Shown: one piece after another, positions 49,189 through 59,267 of the stretch
Numbering within the stretch: position 1 is the stretch's first letter
Layout of the letters: every line of letters starts with the position of its first letter
Assembly (NCBI GenBank): GCA_963701295.1
Contig: OY969585.1
Span: 736,001 to 800,000, forward strand
Length of the DNA stretch: 64,000 bases
Direction: 5' to 3'
Origin: Ignavibacteriota bacterium
GTDB lineage: Bacteria; Bacteroidota; Ignavibacteria; UBA10030
Notes under the pieces: generated by a model
Seen by the model: only the letters and a program-made list of their open reading frames with translations
Told to the model about the DNA's origin: nothing
The model's database searches: none
Program-made: the position numbers and the translations under genes

Positions 49189-51720
49189 TTAAAATTCTAC
49201 TTCTATGCCTCCAACCGGGAAGAATGCGAATTGATATACAGTCTCGATCGTTCCATCGCTGCGGTATTCGTAATAAAATACATTCTTGTGGTTCAGAACA
49301 TTCATTAATGCTATATAGACATTGATATTCCAGTTTTTCATGTAGAAGCGGCTAATCCACTGGATATCGAGGCGACTGTAGTTGGGATATCGCTCGCCGT
49401 TGATATCATTTTTATCTGATTCCCATGCCCCTTTTGACCATTGCATTCCGCCTTCCCAATTTTGAATATATGGAGTGAACGTTTGCCGTGTATACACTCC
49501 CCCAGTCTGATACCGGTACTTTATACTGATTTCCATTTCATTAGAAAACGGCAAGATATAGAATGGATATTTGATGAAGAACGGCTGTTTGTCAAACCAT
49601 GAACGAGCCCCTTTTACAATTTTTCCACCAACCAAATTTATTATCACTGGATAATCATACTGTGATGGGTACGTGTTCCCTTCCCTGCCGATGCGAGGGT
49701 CGTCATCAGTTGTCTTAGAAAGGGAGATACTGATTGTGCCATAGTAATTGGTTACCTGCTTTTTCTGCAGAAGAAATTCCAATCCATACGAACGCCGCGT
49801 GCCTATTGCAAGGTTTCTATCAGTCCAGTTTGTGTCAATCAACGAATGGACGTACGTTTCTTCCACGCTAATATTGGAGAACTTCTTATCATACGTTTCC
49901 ACACTCAGTTTCACACCATCATCCAAAATATGCTGCAGTCCAAGGACAACATGCTGTGATCTGGCATTCGCTAACTCTTTATTATATCCAACATTTTGTC
50001 GATCAGCGTAATCCGGCAATGGCTGTGTTTGCCAGTAATCGCCTGCTGAAAGCGAAAGTGTAGTTGTCACTGGAATGAGATCATACGCAATACTTCCACG
50101 CGGGCTGAATTGCCCTTGTTTGGAATAAGTAAAGTAATCATAGCGAATACCGAGCGTTACATTCAAACGCGGTGTTATACGATATTTATCGCTGAGGTAT
50201 GCAAACAGTTTGCTTGCATCGCCAAACTTGAGAGAATTAAGAATATTGCCATCAGGTGAGCTTGTATATATGTAAGATGTATCAGCTGGACTTTGAGTAT
50301 TAATCTTATAGCGTGTCTGATTTCCTAAAAATGTTGTCGTTCCCATCCAATGGTTCGTCGTTTGAATCTGTGCACCTGCCAAGAGATCGTGCTGAGGATG
50401 AATTTTATAAAACACATCATACTTCAGCGCGTAGAAGGCTTCGTCATTGTGCTCATTAAAGGCATTGCGAGGATTTCCTAGTGTCTGGGATGTATCTACG
50501 TTTCCCTGATGATCATAGACACTACGCATAAAATTATCCTGCACATCTACATTATACTGATTACCGACTGTATAGAGCGAAAGAACTGAGTATCCCTCTT
50601 TTCCCCACAAACTCTTTAGATTTATGCCTAGAACATACTGCTTATTGTGTTCATCCACATTTTCCAGACTCGAGAAAACAGTTGAATCAGCGCGAAGCGG
50701 GTCGTTCTGTTTTGGATCGCCTTTAATATAGATACGGCTGTCTCCATAAAGACCGTTCAGCGTGAGTTTTTGTGTTGGAGAAAGATCGTATACGATTTTT
50801 GCCTGTGTATCCCAATATTTGGGAATCGCTGTCAATGAGATAACAGACAAGCCAAACAATTTGTCTATAACTTCCAGCAAACTCTGGCGCGCGGAGAAAA
50901 TCCACGAACCCTTTCCATCTGCTAATTTTCCCTCCATTAGCGTACCGATACCCGCCATATTGAAACCGGTGTTGGAAGCAAAACCTTTGTTCCGGTCACC
51001 TTCCCGAATTGAAATATCCATAACCGATGACATCTTATCGCCATACTGCGCCGGAAATCCTCCTGCAGAAAACTGGACATCTTCGACAAGATCGATGTTT
51101 ATCATGTTAATAGGGCCGGCAGAATTAAATTCATTTGGATAATGATTGATCGAAGGAATTTCCATGCTTTCCATTACCGTTAGATTTTCGTACGGTGCAC
51201 CGCCTCGGACAATCAACTCGTTGACATTATCATTGGAACTTGCTATACCGGGTAGGTTCTGCACGACACGCTGAACATCCATTACAGAACCGGGCTGACG
51301 TTTCACTTCTGCGCGATCGTAATTGTTCACACTTAACGGACTTAATTCATTGTTGCGGCTGAAGTATGTCGCGTTTACCATCACACTGTCAACCTGCACC
51401 GCCTGTTCGTTTAGCTTGATGGAGACTTTCGTACTACGTCCTGTTGTCACAACAATGTTAGTTAGAATGATGGCTTCATATCCAACAAGAGTTGCTTTCA
51501 GACGGTACGTGCCGACCTCAATTCCTTTGATATTGAAGTTTCCGGAAGTGTCCGTGACCGCGCCATAGGTTGGCTGTTCCACAACTTGTATATTAACGAT
51601 CGGTAGCGGTTCCCACGTCTTCGCGTCGATAACAAATCCAGTTATGTCTCCTTTATACTGCTGAGCAAGAACTGTCAGTGAACAAAATGAAAGAAGAATA
51701 TTGAAGTAGATGAATTTCAT
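49189..51720 (-). CDS. TonB-dependent receptor with N-terminal carboxypeptidase-regulatory-like domain
   Basis: GFVIDAKTWEPL...TDTSGNF, LIVRGGAPYEN, GGFPAQYGDKMSSV, C-terminal FFPVGGIEVEF. Confidence 0.95.
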   Translation of the reverse strand: MKFIYFNILLSFCSLTVLAQQYKGDITGFVIDAKTWEPLPIVNIQVVEQPTYGAVTDTSGNFNIKGIEVGTYRLKATLVGYEAIILTNIVVTTGRSTKVSIKLNEQAVQVDSVMVNATYFSRNNELSPLSVNNYDRAEVKRQPGSVMDVQRVVQNLPGIASSNDNVNELIVRGGAPYENLTVMESMEIPSINHYPNEFNSAGPINMINIDLVEDVQFSAGGFPAQYGDKMSSVMDISIREGDRNKGFASNTGFNMAGIGTLMEGKLADGKGSWIFSARQSLLEVIDKLFGLSVISLTAIPKYWDTQAKIVYDLSPTQKLTLNGLYGDSRIYIKGDPKQNDPLRADSTVFSSLENVDEHNKQYVLGINLKSLWGKEGYSVLSLYTVGNQYNVDVQDNFMRSVYDHQGNVDTSQTLGNPRNAFNEHNDEAFYALKYDVFYKIHPQHDLLAGAQIQTTNHWMGTTTFLGNQTRYKINTQSPADTSYIYTSSPDGNILNSLKFGDASKLFAYLSDKYRITPRLNVTLGIRYDYFTYSKQGQFSPRGSIAYDLIPVTTTLSLSAGDYWQTQPLPDYADRQNVGYNKELANARSQHVVLGLQHILDDGVKLSVETYDKKFSNISVEETYVHSLIDTNWTDRNLAIGTRRSYGLEFLLQKKQVTNYYGTISISLSKTTDDDPRIGREGNTYPSQYDYPVIINLVGGKIVKGARSWFDKQPFFIKYPFYILPFSNEMEISIKYRYQTGGVYTRQTFTPYIQNWEGGMQWSKGAWESDKNDINGERYPNYSRLDIQWISRFYMKNWNINVYIALMNVLNHKNVFYYEYRSDGTIETVYQFAFFPVGGIEVEF

Positions 51721-51746
51721 AGAAATCTCTCATAATAATAATAACC

Positions 51747-51890
51747 ACCTCGGAGCAAGCTTCGAGGTATTCTATTTGTTTTTACTGATTCCCAATTAAA
51801 ACATTCAGGAATGACTTTCCTTTCATGTCCATGGAGTTTTTAGTGGGCGTCCATTTAATGCTTCGAGCTGTGGGGTATTTAACCTAAAGA
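51747..51890 (+). repeat. Degenerate composite REP/MITE-like element
   Basis: Hairpin ACCTCGGAGC-AA-GCTTCGAGGT, internal GATTCCC...GGAATGAC, and an end GCTGTGGGGTATTTAACC similar to 21233..21263. Confidence 0.45.
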
Positions 51891-52266
51891 TATATGAAAA
51901 TACGAATTTTTTAAATTTTTGGAAACTGAATTCGGCAGATAAAAGCGAATAGACGGTAATTGACCGAAATAACTGTCTTAGTTTCACCTCCAAACCTCGG
52001 TCTGCAACTCCAGCTGTATTCGAGTCCGTTCTTCTGAGAGAGAAGAGAAAAGTTTCAATTCTATCATAGGAAAAATAATAGGGGGAAAAAAGTATTAGAA
52101 CAGCGGTACATCGAATTGCTAACGCATAAGATATGAGAAGTATCTGTGGTACACTTTCAATGTGCGCCATAGGTTAGTTCCCTACACCAACCCTTCTTAT
52201 GGAATACTTCCTGAATATATATCCTTTTTCGGTTATAGTACCGTGAAGTTTACTTCGAGTGATGCT

Positions 52267-52983
52267 TTATTTTTTTTCCATCAACCCTATCATTTCCCGA
52301 ACCGCTACTTCTAATCCCACAGAAAGTGCATGTACCATGACAGCATGGCCGATGCTGACTTCATCAATTTCTTTAATGGCTGCAACCGGTTTGATGTTGG
52401 AATAGTCTAATCCGTGACCTGCATTCACGCCGAGCCCAAGAGATCTTCCAAGAGCTGCCGCCACCTGAATTCTTTCGAGCTGCACTTTTACCTCCCCCAC
52501 AGTCTTCGCTTCAGAATACTCTCCAGTATGAATTTCAATCATATCTGTACCGATATCCGCCGATGCTCGCACTTGTGCTTCAACAGGATCGATAAAGAGA
52601 CTAGTAAGAATGCGATTCTGATGAAACTGTTTTACAACGCCGTCAAAAAACTTCTTTTGCATTGCGATATCAAGTCCGCCTTCGGTTGTAAGTTCCTGGC
52701 GTCGTTCCGGCACAAGTGTAACAAGATCAGGTTTGGTCTTTATGGCAATACCAATAATTTCTTCAGTTGCTGCCATTTCAAGATCAAGTTTCTTTTTTAT
52801 GATAGAACGCAGCCGGCGAACGTCATCATCTTTAATATGCCTCCGATCTTCACGCAGATGGCACACGATGCCAACCGCTCCTGCTTTTTCGCAGACAAGC
52901 GCCGCTTTCACCGGATCGGGATCACTTCCGCCTCGTGCATTGCGTAGTGTTGCAATATGGTCGATGTTGATTGCCAGTCTCAT
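52267..52983 (-). CDS. pdxJ: Pyridoxine 5'-phosphate synthase
   Basis: NIDHIATLRNAR, HLREDRRHI, LTTEGG, EIHTG, NAGHGL, SIGHA. Confidence 0.97.
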   Translation of the reverse strand: MRLAINIDHIATLRNARGGSDPDPVKAALVCEKAGAVGIVCHLREDRRHIKDDDVRRLRSIIKKKLDLEMAATEEIIGIAIKTKPDLVTLVPERRQELTTEGGLDIAMQKKFFDGVVKQFHQNRILTSLFIDPVEAQVRASADIGTDMIEIHTGEYSEAKTVGEVKVQLERIQVAAALGRSLGLGVNAGHGLDYSNIKPVAAIKEIDEVSIGHAVMVHALSVGLEVAVREMIGLMEKK

Positions 52984-53499
52984 GGATTGTTTTTCCTCTA
53001 TTGTCAATCTCCATCGTAAATATAATCATTTTCAAGCAGGAATTGAATTGAGAGAAGTGTTGGAAATCGAACGAAGCTTCTTCTTAATTCTACCAATCTG
53101 TTGTGCAAATTCGATAAAGCTTGTTTACAAGCGTTATATCACATGCGAAGGTTGATGAATATCTTAAAAACAGCATCAGCGCGGTTAGTTCGAAGATGGT
53201 GGAGAAAATGAGGGCACATTTTCCCGCAGGCGAGTCGATTGAGTTCATTATTCTTGACAAATCCGACGAAAAACCTAAAAAAAACTAAATCTTTAGCTAT
53301 ATATGCTTTCGAGGACGATTACGACCTCGAGCAGTACACTGAACTTTCAATGGGGCGGTGGCAACTCTCTTCCCACTATTTCAAATCCCAATTTAGGCGT
53401 ACACAGATGAAATAATCTTGCGTCACGAGTGGAGAAATCGTATCTTCCTTTCAAAGGAATGTATGATTCATCCTGGAACTCGATTCAGGAGGCACGCTT

Positions 53500-53892
53500 A
53501 TGGATCAAAAATTGAAGCTTCGTCTACTTGACGATAAATTCGTCATCAGCAAGTTGCCGCAATTTGCTGAACTTCCTTCTGTCTTTGCTAAAGGCGAGTT
53601 GTGTTTCGTGATGCGAACAGACGAAGATCTCACTGTCATCAGTCCGGAGTTTATGGCGCCAAATAATGTTCAACAAGAGATCGGTTATCGCTGTTTTCGT
53701 ACCAGCACAGAAATTCCTCATGATGCAGCTGGTATTCTTACCGCTCTTCTTAAACCACTTTCAGAAGCCGGCATCAGTGTGTTTGCAGTATCTACCTTTC
53801 ACTCTGACTATATCTTTTTATTGGAAGAACATCTTGTGAAGGCAACTCAAGCACTTCAGCATGCAGGACACGAGTTTGTGTACGAAGAATAA
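53500..53892 (+). CDS. ACT-domain protein (CASTOR/ACT_7 type)
   Basis: RTDEDLTVI...GILTALLKPLSEAGISVFAVSTFHSDYIF; RBS AGGAGG. Confidence 0.88.
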   Translation: MDQKLKLRLLDDKFVISKLPQFAELPSVFAKGELCFVMRTDEDLTVISPEFMAPNNVQQEIGYRCFRTSTEIPHDAAGILTALLKPLSEAGISVFAVSTFHSDYIFLLEEHLVKATQALQHAGHEFVYEE

Positions 53893-53917
53893 ATGCCCTC
53901 ATGCACTTTATTTTGAA

Positions 53918-53946
53918 TTGACAATATCTTTTATGCAGTTTATATT
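53918..53946 (+). promoter_or_regulatory. Sigma70-type promoter
   Basis: TTGACA-N17-TATATT upstream of 54039 (RBS AAGGAGG). Confidence 0.7.
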
Positions 53947-54038
53947 GATGTAGTTTCTTTTCATCGTTGTCTACCTAAAAAATACAGAAACCTTTCCTCG
54001 TGAGAGAAATATAATTTCTTTATACAAAGGAGGTCGTC

Positions 54039-57000
54039 ATGCAATCATCGTTAAAAAAACCTATCAGAATTCTTCTAATTGCAAGTACGATCATTGTAAT
54101 ATTCACCTCTAATTTAAGCGCGCAAATGCCAACTCAAGGTTTAATCGGGTACTATCCGCTTAATGGAAACGGATTAGATGTGAGCGGTTATAATAATAAT
54201 GGCACGGTCATAGGAACACTTCCCACAAAGGACAGATTTGCCCGTGACAATTATGCTATGTTTTTCAATGGGGTAGATGATCAGGTGCAACTACCAGATG
54301 TATTTAGATTGAGTTCGTTGACTATATGTGGTTGGATTTGCCCCAATAATGTCGATCAATATGAAAAAGAAGCTTTTACTATTTACCAAGATGCAGATAA
54401 CTACTTTCAAATTTTTCAAACGATGTCTGTCAATAACCTTGCTATTCAAATGCGTTACAATAGAGATGTTCCTTGGGAATTAACCGCAACTAATTCGTCT
54501 TTGCCTCTAAACCAATGGACATTTTGTACTGTTGTAATCGATTCCGCCGGCGGGAAAGTGAGTTTGTACATCAATGGTGAGTTCTCTCAGCAAGTGGATC
54601 TCAACGGAGTGTACCTATCAAATTTCTCCGGAGCGATGGTCACAAGTATTGGTGGCGGGTCGAAGAATTCAACCGACTACTTCAGTGGTAATCTCAATGA
54701 TTTTAGGATTTTTAATCGAGCGTTGAGCGCAAGTGAGATCAACACTTTATACCACGAAGGTAGATGGGATCCAATAGCAAGCGGTTCGATTGCAGGCAGT
54801 TTGGAGGATATTACTTTCGATTCAACAACTGGCGATTCGACTGCAATTCCACTTTCATCTGGATCATCAATCAATTTGTTCCGAGGAACACAGAGTGTTG
54901 GGGCAGTTAGTCCGTCATCAAATGGAACTTTTTTATTTTCTGGACTTGACAGCTTACAGACCTATAGTATTACAATAGATGCTTCTGAGACATTGGTCCC
55001 TACCAATCGTTTCTTCTCATTAGCTCTTTCTAAAACTAGTATAAGCACCGGAACTAATACTTATTTTAATATCCCAATTTCGCTTTTTGGGTCGAGTTAC
55101 TTAATGGCCGATACACTTCTTGCTAGTCCAACACTCAATTCTAGCATACTTCTTGGCTGGGTGCCATTAAGTAGATCCTTATTTCAAGGATATGACGTTT
55201 CTGGAGTTTCAAACTTATTATCGAGTTGGACATCTGTTACAGATAATTACGACCAAATTTCTTCATCTTTGATTCACCTCAATATAGCAGAATGGCAGAT
55301 AGGCAATTATTGTCAAGATGCATCTCTTATGACTATGGAGACTCTTCAATCACTATATCCATTTGCACAACGTATTTTTGGCTTAGCTGGTATTGGGGAA
55401 AAGATCGAGGAATATTCGAAAGACAAACTAGAACTTATCTTAGGAGATGACATAATTAACTATGCCCTAGATGGTATAAATGTGGCCCTTAATTTGATTT
55501 TTTCAAGAATTCCTCCACCTGAAGGTGTTCGCTACCAAGCAGCTTGTGATCAGTTGATGCAAACGACGGAAGCAGCCGGCAAATCTGGTAAAGATCTTTT
55601 GACGGATGAGGCATTCGAGGCATTTTACATTCCTATTGGCGCCAATCTGTTCTTGAGTTACGTTTATGTTCCGGGTACTCAACACACTTTTGATTGGGCA
55701 ATTCAACAATCAAAGTCGTACAATTTCACGGGATCTTACTCGTCTTCATATTCAACGTCATCATCATTATATAATTCCAGCCATGTAAGCACACTCACGG
55801 CTCAGAGCGCAGGTATCGGATTGCGGGCTACATCTGATTTTTTCGATACTGGAAGCGAAATGCTTGCAATAGGGGCATTAATAACCGCACCAGGCGCTCC
55901 ATTAGCCGCTGCATTATCGACTTTATCAACAGTGATGGGAGTCGCCTCACTTGTCACTGTTACGGGGGCCGTTGTTGTTGATGGTGTAAGGTTGGTAAAT
56001 ATTCCGATTGATCTATCAAAAACTATTAGCAGCATATATGGATCAAGTATGAAAAAAACATCTCGCCTGTCTAAGACAGTAGCATTGGGAAAAATGTCTG
56101 GTCTTTCAGGTCTGGCTAATAACCTTCACAAGAGCTCAACTAGCTATAATGACGCGCTCAATATATTAATTACTGACGTAAAAGCTGACAATCGTCAAAA
56201 TGTTCGATTAGATATAGAGACATTGCTTAACTTGGATTCGGTCCTCAATCGCCAGTTACGTATTACTAATTTGTCACTGCAAGCCGTAGCGTCGCTAGGC
56301 GACTCAACTATGGTTCAATTTGATAGTCTTTACTCTCAACATATTGATAACTTTTTTACGTCATCGAACACTAAGCAATCAACATATCTTAATCTTCTGG
56401 CATACTTAATAGACTCGCTGAATGTATCTTACGTTGACTCGATTAAAAAATATGCTACTGCTGCAATTAAGGCAAACAACAGAGTCGATAGTCTCTCAAA
56501 TGAATTGTTGGCATCTGTGCAGAACACTCCTATACCCGGGTATGTTGCTTCTGTCTCAACTTCCGCACCTACAAATGTCAGTGTGAATTCTGTCTTCACA
56601 ATTAAAACGCGATTTCAGAATTTTGGAGGAACTTTGGCAAGCAATCTCTACGCAAAAATTTCACTTTTAGGCGGATTTAGTACAGGAATAGATTCAGTGT
56701 CAGTAGGAAGTTTGAGCCCAAGTGGACAGGATAGCGTCCAATTTGTTGTTACCGCGCCAACAACTGACACTGTCGGTGTCTATTCAATTATTTTTATAGG
56801 TGATAATACATCTTCTGAGCCAGTCGGAGGGGTTATTGTGGCAACGAATTTGATAAGCGTAGGAAATATTGTGCAAACAATTCCAAGATCTTTTAACTTG
56901 TATCAATCTTATCCTAATCCGTTTAATCCGGCAACGACTATTTCTTATGATCTTCCCCAAAAAGAACATGTTACACTTGTCATTTATGATATTCTAGGGC

Positions 57001-57149
57001 GGCAAGTAGAAACTATTGTAGATAACATACAACAACCTGGGAAATATAAGGTCACATTTAATGGATCGAATCTATCAAGTGGTGTTTATTTTTGTCGGTT
57101 GCAGGCTGGTCTATTCGCAGAAACTAAAAAACTTATTTTACTCAAATAG
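54039..57149 (+). CDS. Large secreted protein: LamG-like domain, unknown helical core, CARDB-like domain, T9SS C-terminal domain
   Basis: GLIGYYPLNGN..D.SG...FSGNLNDFRIFNRALSASEI (LamG), FQNFGG...VGSLSPSG (CARDB-like), QSYPNPFNPAT...TKKLILLK. Confidence 0.85.
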   Translation: MQSSLKKPIRILLIASTIIVIFTSNLSAQMPTQGLIGYYPLNGNGLDVSGYNNNGTVIGTLPTKDRFARDNYAMFFNGVDDQVQLPDVFRLSSLTICGWICPNNVDQYEKEAFTIYQDADNYFQIFQTMSVNNLAIQMRYNRDVPWELTATNSSLPLNQWTFCTVVIDSAGGKVSLYINGEFSQQVDLNGVYLSNFSGAMVTSIGGGSKNSTDYFSGNLNDFRIFNRALSASEINTLYHEGRWDPIASGSIAGSLEDITFDSTTGDSTAIPLSSGSSINLFRGTQSVGAVSPSSNGTFLFSGLDSLQTYSITIDASETLVPTNRFFSLALSKTSISTGTNTYFNIPISLFGSSYLMADTLLASPTLNSSILLGWVPLSRSLFQGYDVSGVSNLLSSWTSVTDNYDQISSSLIHLNIAEWQIGNYCQDASLMTMETLQSLYPFAQRIFGLAGIGEKIEEYSKDKLELILGDDIINYALDGINVALNLIFSRIPPPEGVRYQAACDQLMQTTEAAGKSGKDLLTDEAFEAFYIPIGANLFLSYVYVPGTQHTFDWAIQQSKSYNFTGSYSSSYSTSSSLYNSSHVSTLTAQSAGIGLRATSDFFDTGSEMLAIGALITAPGAPLAAALSTLSTVMGVASLVTVTGAVVVDGVRLVNIPIDLSKTISSIYGSSMKKTSRLSKTVALGKMSGLSGLANNLHKSSTSYNDALNILITDVKADNRQNVRLDIETLLNLDSVLNRQLRITNLSLQAVASLGDSTMVQFDSLYSQHIDNFFTSSNTKQSTYLNLLAYLIDSLNVSYVDSIKKYATAAIKANNRVDSLSNELLASVQNTPIPGYVASVSTSAPTNVSVNSVFTIKTRFQNFGGTLASNLYAKISLLGGFSTGIDSVSVGSLSPSGQDSVQFVVTAPTTDTVGVYSIIFIGDNTSSEPVGGVIVATNLISVGNIVQTIPRSFNLYQSYPNPFNPATTISYDLPQKEHVTLVIYDILGRQVETIVDNIQQPGKYKVTFNGSNLSSGVYFCRLQAGLFAETKKLILLK

Positions 57150-57154
57150 CGGAA

Positions 57155-57191
57155 ATAACAAAGAAGAAGGGACGTATTATTCTACGTCCCT
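57155..57191 (-). terminator. Terminator of the his operon (between convergent genes)
   Basis: AGGGACGTA-N6-TACGTCCCT perfect 9-bp stem; minus-strand tail TCTTCTTTGTTATTT. Confidence 0.7.
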
Positions 57192-57792
57192 ACTTCATCC
57201 TGTTTCTTAATTCTTTTGTTACATCAGCAAGTGTCAAATCCTGTTGGCGAAGAAGTACAAGAAGGTGAAATAAAAGGTCAGCCGATTCTTCGATAAGGCG
57301 TTTTTTATCCTCCAACACTGCAGCAAGCGCAACTTCTACACCTTCTTCACCAACTTTCTGCGCAATACGAGGAGTTCCTTCCTTGAATAATTTCGATGTG
57401 TACGATCCTTCCGGCATCTTTTGTTGACGATCACGAATAATTTCTTCCAACCGATGAAGGAGACTTCCAATATCTACACTTTCATCTTCACCGAAACACG
57501 TAAATTGATTTGTATGACAGACGGGTCCATGTGGAATTGCTTTAATGAGAAGCGAATCATCGTCACAATCCTTTTGTATAGAAACATATTCAAGAAAATT
57601 TCCGGAGATTTCCCCCTTCTGCCATAACCGCTTTTTTGTGCGGCTCCAGAAAGTCACTTTTTTATCGGAAACTGTTTTCTCAAGTGCTTCCCGATTCATG
57701 AATCCCATCATCAACACTTGATTTGTCCGCGCATCTTGTATAACTGCAGGAACGAGCCCATTCAACTTTTCAAAGTTTAGTTTATCAATCAC
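57190..57792 (-). CDS. hisIE: Bifunctional PR-AMP cyclohydrolase / PR-ATP pyrophosphatase
   Basis: WSRT..RLWQKGE.SGN, DCDDD, CHT, SYTSKLF, KVGEEGVE, ADLLFH. Confidence 0.97.
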   Translation of the reverse strand: MIDKLNFEKLNGLVPAVIQDARTNQVLMMGFMNREALEKTVSDKKVTFWSRTKKRLWQKGEISGNFLEYVSIQKDCDDDSLLIKAIPHGPVCHTNQFTCFGEDESVDIGSLLHRLEEIIRDRQQKMPEGSYTSKLFKEGTPRIAQKVGEEGVEVALAAVLEDKKRLIEESADLLFHLLVLLRQQDLTLADVTKELRNRMK

Positions 57793-58545
57793 AGTCGCAC
57801 CGGAATATTATTATTATGAAGAAATGATTTTAGTTCTGAAATCGATATTTTGTTATAATGAAAAATACTCGCCGCCAATACTGCATCGGCTTTACCCAGA
57901 AGAATTGCGTCTCGCACATGTTCTTGCGTGCCAGCTCCTCCGGAAGCGATTAACGGAATAGAAACCCGGTCTGAAAGAGCACGCAACAATTCAACATCAT
58001 ATCCGGCTGTTGTACCATCGCGATCCATAGACGTTACCAGCAATTCTCCTGCACCCCGCTGAAACACTTCATTTGCCCACAACAGTGCATCTCTTCCGGT
58101 AGGTTCTGTACCGGCTTTCGTCCATACTGTCCATGAAGTCTTTCATGCGCTTTACATCGATAGCCACAACAACTGATTGTGAACCAACACGCCTGCTTGC
58201 TTCATCAACGAGCGAAGGACTCGCAAGTGCTGCAGAGTTGAGCGAGACTTTGTCTGCACCGGCTTCCAGTGCACAGCTCACATCGTTCACGGTGCTGATT
58301 CCACCGCCAACGGTGAATGGAATTTGAATGGCCGCCGCAACGCGTTCCACCATTTGCAAAAATGTCTTTCGTCCCTCAAGCGTTGCGCTAATATCGAGAA
58401 ATACCAATTCGTCCGCACCTTCGTCTGAATAACGCGCCGCAAGTTTTACCGGATCTCCTGCATCGCGCAATTGCAGAAAATTCGTTCCCTTAACTGTTCG
58501 GCCATCCTTCACATCAAGACATGGGATAATTCGTTTCGTCAGCAT
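57789..58545 (-). CDS. hisF: Imidazole glycerol phosphate synthase cyclase subunit, split by a frameshift near 58142
   Basis: [24 protein letters not shown]; removing one base gives [10 protein letters not shown]...WANEV...[28 protein letters not shown]. Confidence 0.95.
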
Positions 58546-59267
58546 TCAACACCATTCATCTTTGCCAGTTCTTCTATCGAAAGCTTACCTTCGTAGATAG
58601 CTTTTCCGACGATGACCCCAGAAAGCTCAGATTGCTTTAATACTTGAATATCTGCAAGTGTGGATATACCTCCCGACGCGATAATAGAGATTTGCGGAAA
58701 AGCCGATTTGAGGTTTAGAAAAAATTCAATGTTCACTCCACCAAGCATACCGTCACGCGAAATGTCTGTGCAGATGAATATCTTTGCGCCGCGTCTTATT
58801 AAATCGAACACAAAGTCCATCGGCTCAAGATGACTATCTTCCAGCCAGCCGCTGATTGCTACCGAGCCGTTTTTCACATCCATACCGACAACAATACGAT
58901 CGGCGCTAAATCGCTGGATCCAATATTCCACCAACTCCTGTGATTTTGCCGCCACGCTGCCGATGATAACACGCGATGCACCAATTTCAATTAACCGCCG
59001 AATGTCCTCCGTTGTGCGGATTCCGCCGCCAATTTCCACCTGTAATCCAGGCACTGCAAGAATAGAAGTGATAGAATCCCAATTGACGACCTTCTTCTCT
59101 TTCGCGCCCTGCAAATCCACAACGTGTAAGAGTTGGAAACCAGCACCTGCAAATTGCTGAGCCACTTCTTCAGGAGATTCAGCATAGACAGTCTTCTGCT
59201 CGTAATCGCCTTGACGCAGGCGAACACACTTGCCGTCATAAATATCGATTGCGGGGATGATCAGCAT
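58539..59267 (-). CDS. hisA: ProFAR isomerase
   Basis: [37 protein letters not shown]. Confidence 0.97.
   Translation of the reverse strand: MLIIPAIDIYDGKCVRLRQGDYEQKTVYAESPEEVAQQFAGAGFQLLHVVDLQGAKEKKVVNWDSITSILAVPGLQVEIGGGIRTTEDIRRLIEIGASRVIIGSVAAKSQELVEYWIQRFSADRIVVGMDVKNGSVAISGWLEDSHLEPMDFVFDLIRRGAKIFICTDISRDGMLGGVNIEFFLNLKSAFPQISIIASGGISTLADIQVLKQSELSGVIVGKAIYEGKLSIEELAKMNGVEC

Noticed and set aside
51823-52170. 115-aa ORF upstream of the TonB receptor
   Set aside because: It runs through the repeat element and has no clear motif; at most a decayed membrane-protein remnant.
58130-58150. Programmed frameshift in hisF (ATG AAA GAC)
   Set aside because: It needs a +1 shift, has no slippery heptamer or stimulator, and similar indels occur elsewhere in the window.
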